The notes under the pieces are model-generated. The model was given only the letters and a program-made list of their open reading frames with translations. It made no database searches and was not told where the DNA came from. Shown here piece after piece: positions 25,801 through 38,400 of a DNA stretch of 64,000 nucleotides. Where the stretch lies: positions 87,288,857-87,352,856 of the forward strand of contig NC_068983.1 of the NCBI RefSeq assembly GCF_001194135.2, read 5' to 3'. Source of the DNA: Octopus bimaculoides. Lineage: Eukaryota. The stretch's first letter is position 1. Every line of letters starts with the position of its first letter. The position numbers and the translations under genes were made by a program.

Positions 25801-26341
25801 TGTATAGAGTGTGTCATACAGAGCTTTATCAGTAGACGCTGTGATGCTACCATCTGCACTGTATTTCACATTTAAAGAAAAAGAAGAAAGAAAAATCTTA
25901 CTCTGTGATAGTGCAATGTTTTCGGACCCGTCAAAACATGAATTATTTTATGTGCTGTATGTGCTCAGTATATTACTGGTTAACTTCGTGTATTGATCAC
26001 TGAGCGAACTGGTCACTGCTGCTCAACTTAACATTATTAGTTTCAAAAGAAGCTTTGATGAATAATAGAAAACAAACAATTATTTTTCTGTTTGATCCTT
26101 ATGACAATATGAATATGTAACGGTAATGTTTTTAGTTGAAGTCGAGGGTTACCAATTGTAATCGATGCCTGTTATGGTGCAACGTCGGAATTACCAATTG
26201 TAACGGTCAAACAATAATTGATAAACACTAGGATGGAACGTCGGAGTCGTCACCAATTTTAACGGCAAAGATTTATTGCAACGGCATATTGTAAGATGTA
26301 AAAGAGGAACAGTGATTGAAGTTTAAGAAATATTTTCTTAA

Positions 26342-26890
26342 GGGGGCCACATTTTTCATTAACGAAACACTTTGAAACTTGGAACACTGGTAGAATGTGT
26401 CATATAAAACATCTTTTTCTCTTAGTCTTCTTAAAAAAAAAAAAAGAAATCCAGAAGTTATTCCATGTTAAAGTTGTCGTATTTCTGTAATTTCAACCAA
26501 TCACTGACGTCCATTCAGCCGATATACATTAAGTGCCGACTACATAAACAAACGATTCTGAAACAATTAACCCTAACCCTGGGGTTAGGGTTAGGGTTAA
26601 AGCAAATTTAAAATGAAAAAAGCAAATAAAACGAAGGTATGGAGATTAAATACGCTTTACATCGCTTAATCAGCCAAAGGAGTAAATATAAACAACTGAA
26701 TACTTGTCAGTGATTGGTTGAAATTATCGAAATAAGACAATTTTTTACATGAAATAAATTCGAATACAAAAATATTTTTCTTTTCTATAACACAAAATAG
26801 ATAAGTATACGAAGTTTGAAAGTCTTTCCGTACCAAAAACACTATGTAAAACATTAATGAAAAATGTGGCCCCCGTTTTAAAATAGATCC
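26342..26890. mobile_element. Fold-back MITE with nested inverted repeats and a telomeric-repeat core
   Basis: 21-bp perfect IR at 26342-26362 / 26854-26874, 20-bp perfect IR at 26489-26508 / 26706-26725; a second family member starts at about 63875. Confidence 0.85.
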
Positions 26891-27493
26891 GAAAATATTT
26901 ATTTACCGTTACTTCAATATATATGCAAAACGACGACAGGTTGGTATGTGTAACTAGTAAATGGAAAAGCATACGAGGTAATAAGAGTTAATTTCGGCCG
27001 GTATGTGTGTACACGATCTCATAGTAGTATATAGAGAGAGATATAGTAATGTTACAGAGAAAAGAAAGTGAGTGAGTCGAGGGAAATTGTCTCGCATAGT
27101 CGCTGATTGTAACTTTCTTTTTCCCTCTGGCCGTTTGGTGTCTAGTGGCTGCCTGCTTGTGGCCATGACTCTAGTTGTCCGTTCACACTCACTGACTTTG
27201 GCTTACAGAATTCTTGTTTTTATAACTATCCAAAACTAACCAGAAGGATAGACATATTGTTGAGAACAATGGATTTTGTTGGAGGTCTGTTATCTCCATT
27301 TCAGCCCTGGTGGGTTAGAAGGGTCAAGTGGCTAAGATATTATTCTGGCTTAGCGAAGGCATCTGGTAAATATAACTGCTGTCACTAACAGAAAAACTAT
27401 TGTTCTACCATGAGAAAAGAGCTGTTGAACTGTTAAGTGAAATTTGGCGATCGAGGATCGAATCCACGCTATGCCTGCATGAAGCCACTACAA

Positions 27494-27969
27494 ATATATT
27501 AATATATACAAAAGTAACTCTGTAACAAAATCACATTAGCATATGTAAGGTCGGCATCCAGTCTTGTATGCTTGTAGCAGAGAATATAATCTCAACAAGA
27601 AGGATTACTTGATTAAAGTTGAGGCAAAAGGGCAAACTGGCTATAAGAAGCTACCGAGTCTTCCATATCAACTGCTGAGCCATGTGTTTATTAATTTTTA
27701 GAGTTCCTCTTGTGCATAGTGTAAGACTTCTGTTGCTAACTTGCAACTTCAATCATGAAGTTAAGTATTCAGGAACAATGCTTTTTAGAAGCTTGCTTTA
27801 TAATTACATCATTCGCCTACAAGCAAAAACATTGATGAAAGCGTTGTCTGCTTGCTTTTGTACCATCTGTACAAAATAGTTACTCTTTCTCGTAGCATGA
27901 CTCGGGTGCCGACCTTACATATGCTAATGCGATTTTGTTACAGAGTTACTTTTGTATGTATTAATATAT
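27494..27969. mobile_element. MITE with about 70-bp terminal inverted repeats
   Basis: tacaaaagtaactctgtaacaaaatcacattagcatatgtaaggtcggca mirrored by tgccgaccttacatatgctaatgcgattttgttacagagttacttttgta; TA-rich flanks. Confidence 0.8.
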
Positions 27970-29314
27970 CTTTGAGAGTTCTTTCCACTTGGATGTGTTG
28001 CCGCTTTTAGGCATCGGGTTTTAACAGTGTGCTTGGTTATCTTTTAACAGACAGCTTAGCTTTGTATTTAATGCATCATTGATACAAAAAGAGAGAAACT
28101 ACGTAGTAATTAAAAAGTTTGCTACCCTCTTTGAATTCAAATGTTACGTTTTCTTTATGTAGGTATTACACTGTGCTACTTTAGCGTGTGATTTACAAGG
28201 GAGATTACTTTAGGTTACTTTTTAGTTTACTTCTTAATTTCTAAAAACCCATAAGATGTTGGCTAAAGATTTTTATAATGTCATCAGTGACGAGACGAAG
28301 GCATTTACTTTTTACAAGAAACCAGCACTAAATTCATATAATTTCTTAAGAATAAGAAGGGTGTTACTTTAATGTGTGAGCTGCAACTTAAAGGGAGATT
28401 ACTTTTTTTGTGTACAGAAAGTATAAAATTTTGTTTATCAGAAATCGCAACAGATTCAGAGTTCTTCGTACAGATACTTCTAAAAAAACGGAATAAAACT
28501 TTTAGAATACCTTTGATTATAGGTCTTTTCTATCAGCGTTAACCTTCGACTAAACAACAATACAGTAAATCATAGTATCGAATTATAATTAATTTACAAA
28601 GGTAAAATAGTCAGAGCGTCGGAAAATATTCTCTGCGATATTTCTTCAGGCTCTTCCCGTTCAAGGTTCAAATCCTGCTTTTCATCCCTCCAGAGTCAAT
28701 GAAATAAAGAACACGTCTAGTACAGAGGTGAAATGGTATCTACTAGCCCTGTTCCCTCAAAACTGTTGTTTTTTATTTTTTCATCTTTTCAAAATGATGG
28801 GGGGAAGCTTTTTATGAAAAAAATTCATGAAAATTTATGATTTTTTCCATCCCCTCATCCGGACCGAATATGACCACTTGTTCTTGCACTACACGAAAAT
28901 GTATCAGGAAGTTCGTAGGATGTACTAGAAACAACAGCTAAATCTCTCTTAAGTCATGCACCTTTTCTTCTGAAAATATTTTGGAAATTTTTTTCTTTTT
29001 TTTTACCGAAAGACTTTCCCCATTATTTGTAAGTGCCCCCTCCTCTAAATTGGCCAAAATCGCTCCGGATGGATTTGAGGATATGAGGGGGGAAATCATA
29101 AAGCTTCAAAAATTTCCCCTATTTCGAAGGTCGTGGTAAAAAATAAGAAATCTGAAAACTCCCCGTCAAAACAGAGAAAATCCAACTTATGTAGGCGTCC
29201 TGATCCGAAATTCTACCAAGGGTAGAGAACTTTTTGCTAGCATTCGTATCTCAATCCGCCTGCCGAAAATCTATATGAAAAACAGTTTAACTCTTAAAAC
29301 TACTACTTTTCTAT

Positions 29315-29450
29315 TCTAGGCACAAGGCCCGAAATTTTTGGTTAGATCGACCCAGTTCGCAACTGGTACTTAATTTATCGACCCCGAAAGGATGAAAGGC
29401 AAAGTCAACCTTGGAGGAATTTGAACTCAGAATGTAAAGACAGACAAACT
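29315..29450 (-). mobile_element. Partial GGCGGCGAG-family SINE
   Basis: ggcacaaggcccgaaatttt...cgaccccgaaaggatgaaaggcaaagtcaacc core. Confidence 0.75.
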
Positions 29451-29643
29451 GCGTATATCTGAATTTGTAAAATTAAAGATTCATTATTGTTTTCGACACG
29501 AATGTATCACGATATGTTTATTATTCATGCAATTCGTCCTTGCTGTAACAGTCGCTCGGCCTATATAAAGCAGCTAAATCTCGCTCAAATTGTAGCTTAC
29601 TATTTTTAAAAAGAGAAGAAAGTAGATAGTATAGTCCTGTTGT

Positions 29644-30013
29644 TAGCACTCCGTCGCTTACGACGTCGAGGGTTCCAGTTGATCCGATCAACGGAACAGT
29701 CTGCTCGTGAAATTAACGTGCAAGTGGCTGAGCACTCCACAGACACGTGTACCCTTAACGTAGTTCTCGGGGATATTCAGCGTGACAAGGCTGACCCTTT
29801 GAATTACAGGTACGACAGAAACAGGAAGTAGGAGTGAGAGAAAGTTGTGGTGAAAGAGTACCGAAGGGCTAGTCACCACCACCCTGCCGGAGCCTCGTGG
29901 AACTTTAGGTGTTTTCGCTCAATAAACACTCACAACGCCCAGTCTGGGAATCGAAACTACGATCCTATGACCGCGAGTCTGCTGCCCTAACCACTGGGCC
30001 ATTGCGCCTCCGC
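29644..30013 (-). mobile_element. tRNA-derived SINE (GTGGAGGCGCAATGG head) nested in an older repeat
   Basis: A and B boxes on minus; 11-bp TSD AGTATAGTCCT at 29628-29638 and 30014-30024. Confidence 0.9.
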
Positions 30014-31399
30014 AGTATAGTCCTAGATACTTCTAAAAAGCACTTCATGGCTGGAATTCCTTTGATCATACGACTAGTCACTCAGAGAGATGTGAAGCTA
30101 AGCAACAAGATATTTGGATTACAATTCCATACTTAGAAATTGCTCGCTTATACAGATTTTATTATTGAATCTAAGTTAGCGAAAATTTTATGAGGTCCGA
30201 CTTGAGGACAAAACCTCAAGATTGATAGATAGAGACACAACCGATTACGTCGACCTCCATCCTCGCTATAAACCTGATACTTATTGAAAATATAAATTCT
30301 GTTGAGGTTTAGAACTATAATGCAGAGGAGGGGTGGAGCATGATTTTGAAGGACATTTACAAAAACCCAGTAAAAATACAAATTAATAATAATTTGATGC
30401 TATAATTTACTTCAGAAGAAATTTAAACAAACATTTTGAGTATAAATTATGTATAGGTTGTTTTTTCTTTTATACGATCTCTTTGTGTTCAAAAAAAGAG
30501 GTGCGGTCAGTTTCAATACTTATATTAGGATCTTGCCTAGAACTGAGCTGCACCTTTCTTGCGGAGGCATTGTACATACAGCCACTGTTATTAATGGCGT
30601 GGGTAAATTGGACAAATCAATTTGCGTAAATAACATATTCTTGGCAGCTAGCCCGATTACTGAATTACTTACACGTTAGCAATGTTATATTTGAGTGTAA
30701 TAATGTTCTATTGTTCACACAGTTTTTGTGGAAAGACAAGTTGCTTGTATCTGACCAATGTTTAATATACATCTACACTGTCGGCTGTCTATAGATTTAA
30801 AGATTTACTCTATAGGCCATTGTAGTTTCATAATATAATACTGTTACCGATTTACTGAATCTTTTAATGATAGTGGCAATGTTTCTGGGAAATGAGGGTA
30901 TTCAATTGTTAATGAGATTCCAATGTAAGAATCGAAATCAATGTAGCTGATTTCTCTCTTTTCTGCCCACAAAGAGTTTTTTTTGAAAAGACAAGCTGTT
31001 CACATATATCCTGCTTCAGTTGCATATGCAGTGTTGATTATAATATATAGATTTACAGTATTTTGTAATACATTAATCGCATCAAAACAGTAGTTAACGC
31101 ATCCGTAATTTTATAATTCTCACCGCTTTTAAGAGAGAACTATAATCAATTATAATAGTAAAAATACCATTCGCATTTAGGAATGCTTTATATTCCTATC
31201 ATGTATTGGGAATCTACTTGGTACATGATAGGTAATTTACTGATCCCGGAACCATGAAAAGCAAAGTCGACATCGGGAAGATTTGAGCTCAGAACATAAA
31301 GGATCTTACCTTTTTCAGCGTCTTATTCCGTTTAATTTCGAATGCAGTAACTCTCATCTACACCGCAACATTAAGGATGTGTGATAGCGCGACAATCAT

Positions 31400-31950
31400 T
31401 AACAGTGACATCTCATTAAGTGGCATTTGGTTTTAGCGCAAGCGCAAAGCGTGAGTCCATTGGTACTCTTCCCATCATCCTTAGATAATGCCATTGACTC
31501 AGAATTGAGAGGATACTTAACTGTGTTTGTTTATCTTGTTGTAGTGAGCAAAACGACGAACATTCAGTCGATAATCCGCTAAAAGCTCCTGTACCGAGGG
31601 GTTGGTCACGCTGACACGCCATTCTTCCGCACGAATCGGCCCCCAACTACGAGAGCAATGGAAATGCAGAGTTTATCCGGGCTAAGTGAATCACCGATGT
31701 CTGCCACAGGCAAAGTGTCAACCCAATCTCCAGAAAATTTGGAACGTGCAGAAAATAAGAGACACCTTGAATACTTATTAAAGAGTCGAAAACATAAGAA
31801 ACATTTACGTAAACCCTTGAATCATTTGGCCAACGCAGCTTGGGTAAGAAATTTTGAAGCGAGTTTAACATTGACCACACTTTCGAGTTTCTCACGAGAT
31901 CGTCAAAAAGTTGCAAGGATGTCTAGAATCTAAACGAGGGACTAGACTTC
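31400..31950 (-). mobile_element. CRE-clade non-LTR retrotransposon C-terminal fragment
   Basis: Frameshifted FDSL...SRCLLFSARSKFSGDWVDTLPVADIG...LCISIAL and LSKDDGK..NGLT (RLE-like), colinear with the CRE copy at 63267-63644. Confidence 0.75.
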
Positions 31951-32879
31951 AGTTTGCAAACTAACTTATGGATCAGTAAATAATTTCTAAGATTAAAAAG
32001 CTTTGATGAAGCTCAATTACATCAAGGTCTTTGAGTAGCTACTTAAGCTTTGACGTTTTGGTTCCAAAGTAAGATAAAAAAAATTGAAGAGGTCATCTAT
32101 AAGATATCGGGGGCGAATATCATTAGTTCAGGGAGTAAACAGTGCAGATTGATAACTTATGTTTATTCAGATTCTATTTCTGATATAGTTGTCGTAAGTT
32201 TTAGTTAAAACAGTTTTAAGTGCAATACACGAGCGAGCCTCTGAATATTGGGTGTGTGGGAAATTATAATACCATTTTAAAAATTTGTTGTCACTCTTCC
32301 GTTGAAATTATTATTTTTTTGGCTTTTTTCATAGTTAGGGCGGAGATCACGTGATGCCATAACGCAGTAGTCGTGATTCTGCACGCTTTCGTGGACGTTC
32401 CCTCATCCATAAACATATTGTTTGACATTAATTTATGCTGACTAATATGAAAGTAAATTGTCACGCAACGTTTATATAACATAATGGACATGATATTGAA
32501 ACTGGTGTTTACTGTGAACAGTGTACGACTAACAAAAGTTAACAGATCTCTATTTAATATCAGAAACAATTTAACTAGACTGAGACTAATTACAAAATCT
32601 TAACTAGATTAATCGCTGGCAATAAAAGGAAACAATAGTCAATGGGAACAAACAACAAAAGGTGATTTTTCGGGCAAGGCAGCGAGCAATTTTTGAAGGG
32701 TATAGTTACTGGTAGTGGTTCTATTGGCCTGAACAACGGTGGAAAACTAGGGCAACCTTAATGGGATTTGATCATAGAATTTTATGTCTTCATTATCAAG
32801 AAAGGAAGATAATAGTATTGGACAAAAACAGCTTTAAAAAATGCCTCTCCACAACCCTCTACTGAGTTTTTAGTAGAGG

Positions 32880-33460
32880 CTTAAAATTTTGGCACAAGGT
32901 CAGAGAAGGGGAAATCGATTACACAAAGCTCAGTGCTCAATTGGTATTATTTTATTAATCTCGAAAGGATGCAAAGCCAATCTGACCTCGGCGCGATTTG
33001 AACACAGAAAGCAATAAGTCGGGAAAAATACCCAAAGCATTTTATCCGAAGCGCTAACGATTTTGGCAGCGTGCTGCCCTAAAGGTTTCATATTTTGGCA
33101 CAAGCCAGTAACTTTGAGGATGAAAGCTAGAGTCGACCCTGGCAGAATTTGAGCCCAGAATGTAAAGGTGGACGGAATGCCGCCAAGCATTTAGCCTGGT
33201 GCGTTAACGATTCTGCCAGCTCGCAGCCTTAATAATAATAATCATCTTTTTTACTATAAGCGCAAGGCCTGAAATTTGTAGGGAGGAGGGGCAGTCGATT
33301 AGATTGACCTCTGTACACAACTGGTATTTAATTTATCGACCCCGAAAGGATGAAAGGCGAAGTCAACCTCGGGGGATTTGAACTTAGACAGTAAAGAAGG
33401 ACGAAATGCCGCTAGGTATTTTACTCGGTGTGGTTATGATTCTACCAGCTCGCCACCTTC
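32880..33460 (-). mobile_element. Chain of three GGCGGCGAG-family SINEs
   Basis: Three successive cores with two tail variants (ttttggcacaagg; ctataagcgcaaggcc). Confidence 0.85.
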
Positions 33461-33463
33461 TTG

Positions 33464-33504
<41 letters not shown>

Positions 33505-34784
33505 CACTAATTCTTGTTTAATGGTCACAAGGGCTAATATAAATTAAAAACATGTAAGGACAAAGACAGGACGAAGGGTACAAAGGGTTTTGTCCGAAAA
33601 GAAAACGTTCGTGTAAACAATAATAACAGCGAAAATATAACAAATAAAACTCCCAATAGGGGGAGGCGCTTTGAAAGGTTACACGTGGAAAAACCCATAA
33701 AAGCCACGGGCGCCTGATCAGGAGGGCTAGAGAGCCCCTTCTCCTTTTATATTACCTTTTTTTACAGGTGTAACCTCAGAATTGGTCCGTTCATACCGGC
33801 CATTTTACCAACAGTCACCCACCTTTCAATAAATTTGCTATGAGACAGCACTTCCCTCTCTACTCTCATCTTCCTTGTCAAGTGGAACTTGAAAAAGTTG
33901 ATGAGGCCTTGGCCAAAGAGGAAAGTGTCTGACTTTAGCCCTTTCAAATGGGTCCACCATACCACCTCTTTCGCTACAGCTACTTGACAAAGGAAAATTG
34001 CCTTATCCTCCCGGTTAAAGGAGGTCGGCGGGTCAATCTTCACTATGGATAAAACTGATAGCCGGATCCGTCCTACACGCGACAGTAGCTGTTCGGCATA
34101 AACCCACAAGTCAGCAATACTCGGGTACTGGACGAGTGCGTGCAGAACGGTTTCGTCGTCTTGAGCGCACCCCGGGCAGGCCCGGCTGACGGCACTTCCG
34201 TGCCGGTAGAGTTTATCTCGAACAAGCAGCGCCCCTCGATAGCACTGCCAGGCGAGGGACCTTTGGAAGTTATCCATGGGCCCCGGCCCGAAAGTTCTCC
34301 CGAACAGACTGTTTAGCTGATTATCGTCGACGCCTAGAGTTTCCCCGAGAACGTCGTCGCCCTTTTCCTCCACTAAGCCTCTATGGAACGCTGGAGTGGA
34401 ACTACTACCGATCGCATTGCCCGCCTGGCTGAGGGCGGTGAGAATTTGGCGGCACTCGAGGTGCCAAGCGCCCTTTCTCGGTCTACGTTTGATCCAAGAT
34501 TGCAGCTCTGTCAAAGAGACGAGCTGTGGAAAATCGTGTCCACGTCCAGGAAACGTTTAAGATGCCATAGCCTGAGCGCATGTTTGCGCATCAGCAACCA
34601 CAGCATGCCAAGGCCTCCGTTCAGCGGCTGTTGACAGCAGATGGAGCGCCTGACCAGTGGTACCTGACCCTTCCACAGAAAGTCGAAGAGTAAGCGCATC
34701 AGCTTGGTTAACCAGCAGTCGGGACAAGGAACGACGGGTAATCGGTAATAGATGACGGATGCGATGTACGCATTCGCCACCTCC
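33505..34784 (-). mobile_element. 5'-truncated Tx1/L1-clade LINE
   Basis: PLNGGLGM, CYRGALLVRDKL, zinc-knuckle-like CPGC...ETVLHAL, FFKFHLTRKMRVER; (ATT)n tail; TSD-like TGATAATA(A/G)TAATAATAAT at both ends. Confidence 0.88.
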
Positions 34785-35747
34785 AATGATAATAGTAATA
34801 ATAATCTGCTTGTTCGTTCGTTCATACGTTACACTATGGTTTGTTTGAAAGATGAAGAAGGAGAGTGAGTGAGAAAGCAGATAACCAGTGGTTGCATTGC
34901 GCTGTCACTTTCGGTATTAGTGGAAGTGAGGGGTGAAAAGGAAGAGAAAAAAAGAACTGTTAACATGAAGAAGGGAATCAGATGGTTAAAATGTTTGTTG
35001 AGTTAAGTGGTAGAGAGGAGAGAAGAGAGACAGTGCTTAGCAGCGGGAAATTTTATAATATAATATATTATTATGAATGGACGTGAAAAAACTTAGCAAA
35101 ATAGCCGTGAGTGTTATTTTTTAAAAATTTGCAATGGAATTGAAACTAATCATGTAAATAAAAACATTGTGTATATTCTCTATGTCGTTTTGTGCACATC
35201 AATAGTATATAATGTAAAGTAATTATGATGAAATATTGCATAATAAGGAATCCGCAGTAATATATTGATCTTGCAGTCTCAACCGAATTAAACACTAACG
35301 AATGATATGTGTACTAAGCATTGTATAAATTGTCAATGTATATTTTTGCATTATTTATTGCACACGCAACAAGATTTATATGCAATAAAATGCATATCCT
35401 TTCTTTCTTAAATAACTCCTTTCAACTTTTTTTCCATTCCGTAGAATTTCCACGGGTCCCGCAAGTAATAATAATTCTTTCTACTATAGGCACAAGTCCT
35501 GAAATTTTGGGAGGGGTAAATTAATTTCCTCGACCTCAATTCTTTATTTATTTCATCAATCCCAATTCTGTACTTATTTCATCGACCCCGAAAGAATGAA
35601 AGACAAGTCAACCTAATAATGAAGGTCAAAAGAATAAGAATGATCAACTTTATCAAGATCCTATCATACAGCATGTACGGTATTTTGTGTTGTCTAGATC
35701 ATTGCCGTTGCGATATCAAAAGTTACAAATGTTATATCACCAGTAGT

Positions 35748-36096
35748 GTGGAGGCGCAATGGCAGCGGACTCGCGGTTTCGATTCCAAGACCGGGCGTTG
35801 TGAGTGTTTATTGAGCGGAAACACCTAAAGCTCCACGAGGCTCCGGAAGGGGATGGTGGCGAATCCTGCTGTACTCCTCCACCACAACTTTCTCTCACTC
35901 TTACTTCCTGTTTCTGTTGTGCCTGTAATTCAAAGGGTCAGCCTTGTCACACTGTGTCACGCTGAATATCCCCGAGAACTACGTTAAGGGTACACGTGTC
36001 TGTGGAGTGCTCAGCCACTTGCACGTTAATTTCACGAGCAGGCTGTTCCGTTGATCGGATCAACTGGAACTCTCGACGGAGTGCCAACAACAACAA
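35748..36096 (+). mobile_element. tRNA-derived SINE (same family as 29644-30013, opposite strand)
   Basis: (CAA)n tail; 12-bp TSD ATCACCAGTAGT at 35736-35747 and 36096-36107. Confidence 0.9.
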
Positions 36097-36144
36097 TCAC
36101 CAGTAGTTTAAAAAAAGTTACGCAAACGGTTACGGGAATAGTTT

Positions 36145-36450
36145 TGATGATGATGGTGGTCTCTCGTAGTCCGAGAAAGACGGTTCTGCAATTTCTTGCT
36201 GGACAACTTGCGCAAATAATTCGTTTATAGTGACCAAATGTTTGTCCTGAACATTAGCTCACTCCCTCCGTTAAATCAACGCTATCTGAATGGGTGCACG
36301 GTGTACCACTCGTCAGGTGTCGAAGTGACCGCAGAGTAACGTGAGAGATGTTTTGCTCAAGACCTTAACGCACTACCCGGTCCAGGAACTGAAACTACGA
36401 CCTAGCAATCGTGAATGCAATACCCTAACCACTAAGCCATGCGCCCTCAC
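36145..36450 (-). mobile_element. tRNA-derived SINE (GCGCATGGCTTAGTGG head, (CAT)n tail)
   Basis: A box TGGCTTAGTGG and B-box-like GTTTCAGTTCC on minus. Confidence 0.7.
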
Positions 36451-36643
36451 ATGGGGAAAAATCTTAAACACTCTTTATCTCACTACGAAACTTAGTTTTT
36501 ATCATATCATCTAAAAGTTAGACTATATGATAAGCATAATATAATAAGGGCAAACCCTTTAGTATTTGAATGAGGTAACAGATCAGTCTCCCCTATTTAA
36601 CCTCTGACCTGTTCGCCACTAGTATTTTACTCTACGATTCCGC

Positions 36644-36682
<39 letters not shown>

Positions 36683-37899
36683 AACACAGAACCTACAACC
36701 ACAAGCACACGAAGGGACCTCTACAAGATCGTTCAACCTGGTAGAAACAGTAATTCTTTTTCGTCAAATCACACTCTGCTTATCAAAAAAAAAAAAAGGA
36801 GGGGGAGGCACATTGAGTAATGCAGTCCCCGATATAGAAGAAGACGAGGCAACTACGACTGGAAAATCTTTGATTTTTAAATCTGTTCAGTTAGGACTGT
36901 TCTGGGACTGAATAATAGCTCTCAGATGATTCACCTCTGTACAGACGAACAACACTGCTTATAACATGAAAGAAAATTACCTACCATCACCACCACCACC
37001 ACCACCATCAACAACGTTCCTACATGGTTGCTCCACCGACTAAATTTTCCTGAAATCACATCCTATGTCACCCTCATTTTATATCTTTTTTTCCATGCTG
37101 GCATAGGTTAAATGGACCATCACAACCTGCATTACATTGCCCACATATCATTAGAGAAAATGGGCTAACTGTGGTTATTGTGAATGTCATAGATGCCTTT
37201 TATTGTGCCACTGGCACTAAGAAGTTGACCCAAGTGAGAACCTTGTATTAGTTCTTATTTGAAATTATTGTCCTCCTAAACAGTAAGCCTGCAATGCAAC
37301 TTAAATACCATGTCCTATAGCATATGTTCCATTTTTGGCATCTCTTCTCTTGGAACTCTTTCTATTAGAAATCAATTTACAGAGTGAAGTAGATGCATTT
37401 TTATCGTGTCACTGGCACTAGGGATGTTGTCAAAGAGTATCTTAGTTTCTGAATCAGTTATTATTAGGAGTTGTCCCTCTCCTAGATAGAAAACTGTAAT
37501 GCAGTTTGGGGAGTGTGTGTTTCAACCGTCTTACAAGAGAGAAAAAAAAAACACACATTGGATGATGTATATTTAGACTTATGCCCAACCCCCAAAGTTT
37601 GGATAGTCATGGCTGGAATGCTTTTGACCAAAAGCCTGCTTGATCAGGGTTAATGATCAACAAAAATACCAACTACCTGATGATCAGCTACCTCTGCAAT
37701 ATGACTATCAAATTGTAGCTGGGTCTTCTGAGTTTTTCCCAAGATTAACTCCACTAAGTTTGCAGAATCTTACTAGACATCACTCAGCCAAAATGTCTCT
37801 GTAAGTAGCCTTCCTGCCAGAAGGTTCATTATATTTATTGCTTGTTTTGCTTTCAATTGAAACTACATGTATGCAACGTAACTCCTCTCAAACTCTCCA

Positions 37900-38400
37900 T
37901 CATTCCACTTGTCTTACTATCATGTACAGATACCAAATGAAGAAAAACAAATTCCATTTATTTCAACCAAGATGACCAACTCTGATGGTATCTTTTCTAC
38001 TGCTCTTAAACACTATATCTCAAAACCAGCTCCTATGTTTACCAAGTTCTCTTTCTACAGTGATCTACTCCAACCAATGGAGACAAAATACAGTATATAC
38101 CATTCCTAAGATCAATGTTTATGACCTTGCCAACTATTATGCTATCTCCCTCACTTCCTACACCTCAAAGATATTGGAAACATTTAAAAAAATTACTTTA
38201 ATTATCATCTTCAGTTCTTTTCTTCTCAGTAACCTTATGATAAGTTCCAGTAAAGTTAGATCTACTGGAGGTACTTGATCTATTGTCCCTGAGAACTTCA
38301 GTAAAAACTATGTTGTTGCACTTGACATATTTCAACAAATCTTTTAACCACTTCTGTAATGAGAAGTTGTCTAGCTAACCTTCCCTTCCACAGACTATAT
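37900..38400 (+). mobile_element. Old LINE RT fragment
   Basis: IPK...DLANYYAISLTSYTSKILETF, RSTG and VVALDI motifs. Confidence 0.6.

Noticed and set aside
26141-26265. Repeat-spacer pattern superficially like CRISPR
   Set aside because: Only three degenerate units with unequal spacers, eukaryotic context and no cas genes. Kept only as a motif cluster.
26567-26600. Telomere or chromosome-fusion site
   Set aside because: Only 2-3 repeats per side, embedded in a multi-copy MITE.
28730-29290. Possible Helitron-like non-autonomous element starting TACTAGC
   Set aside because: Termini and hairpin could not be defined and there is no second copy in the window.
31658-31933. 91-aa plus-strand ORF that looks like the tail of a nested gene
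   Set aside because: It is the antisense shadow of the CRE fragment; the minus-strand frames match the CRE copy at 63267-63644.
35748-35800. tRNA gene candidates (also about 29940-30013, 36380-36450, 50189-50260)
   Set aside because: A/B boxes continue into SINE bodies with tails and TSDs; no complete cloverleaf.
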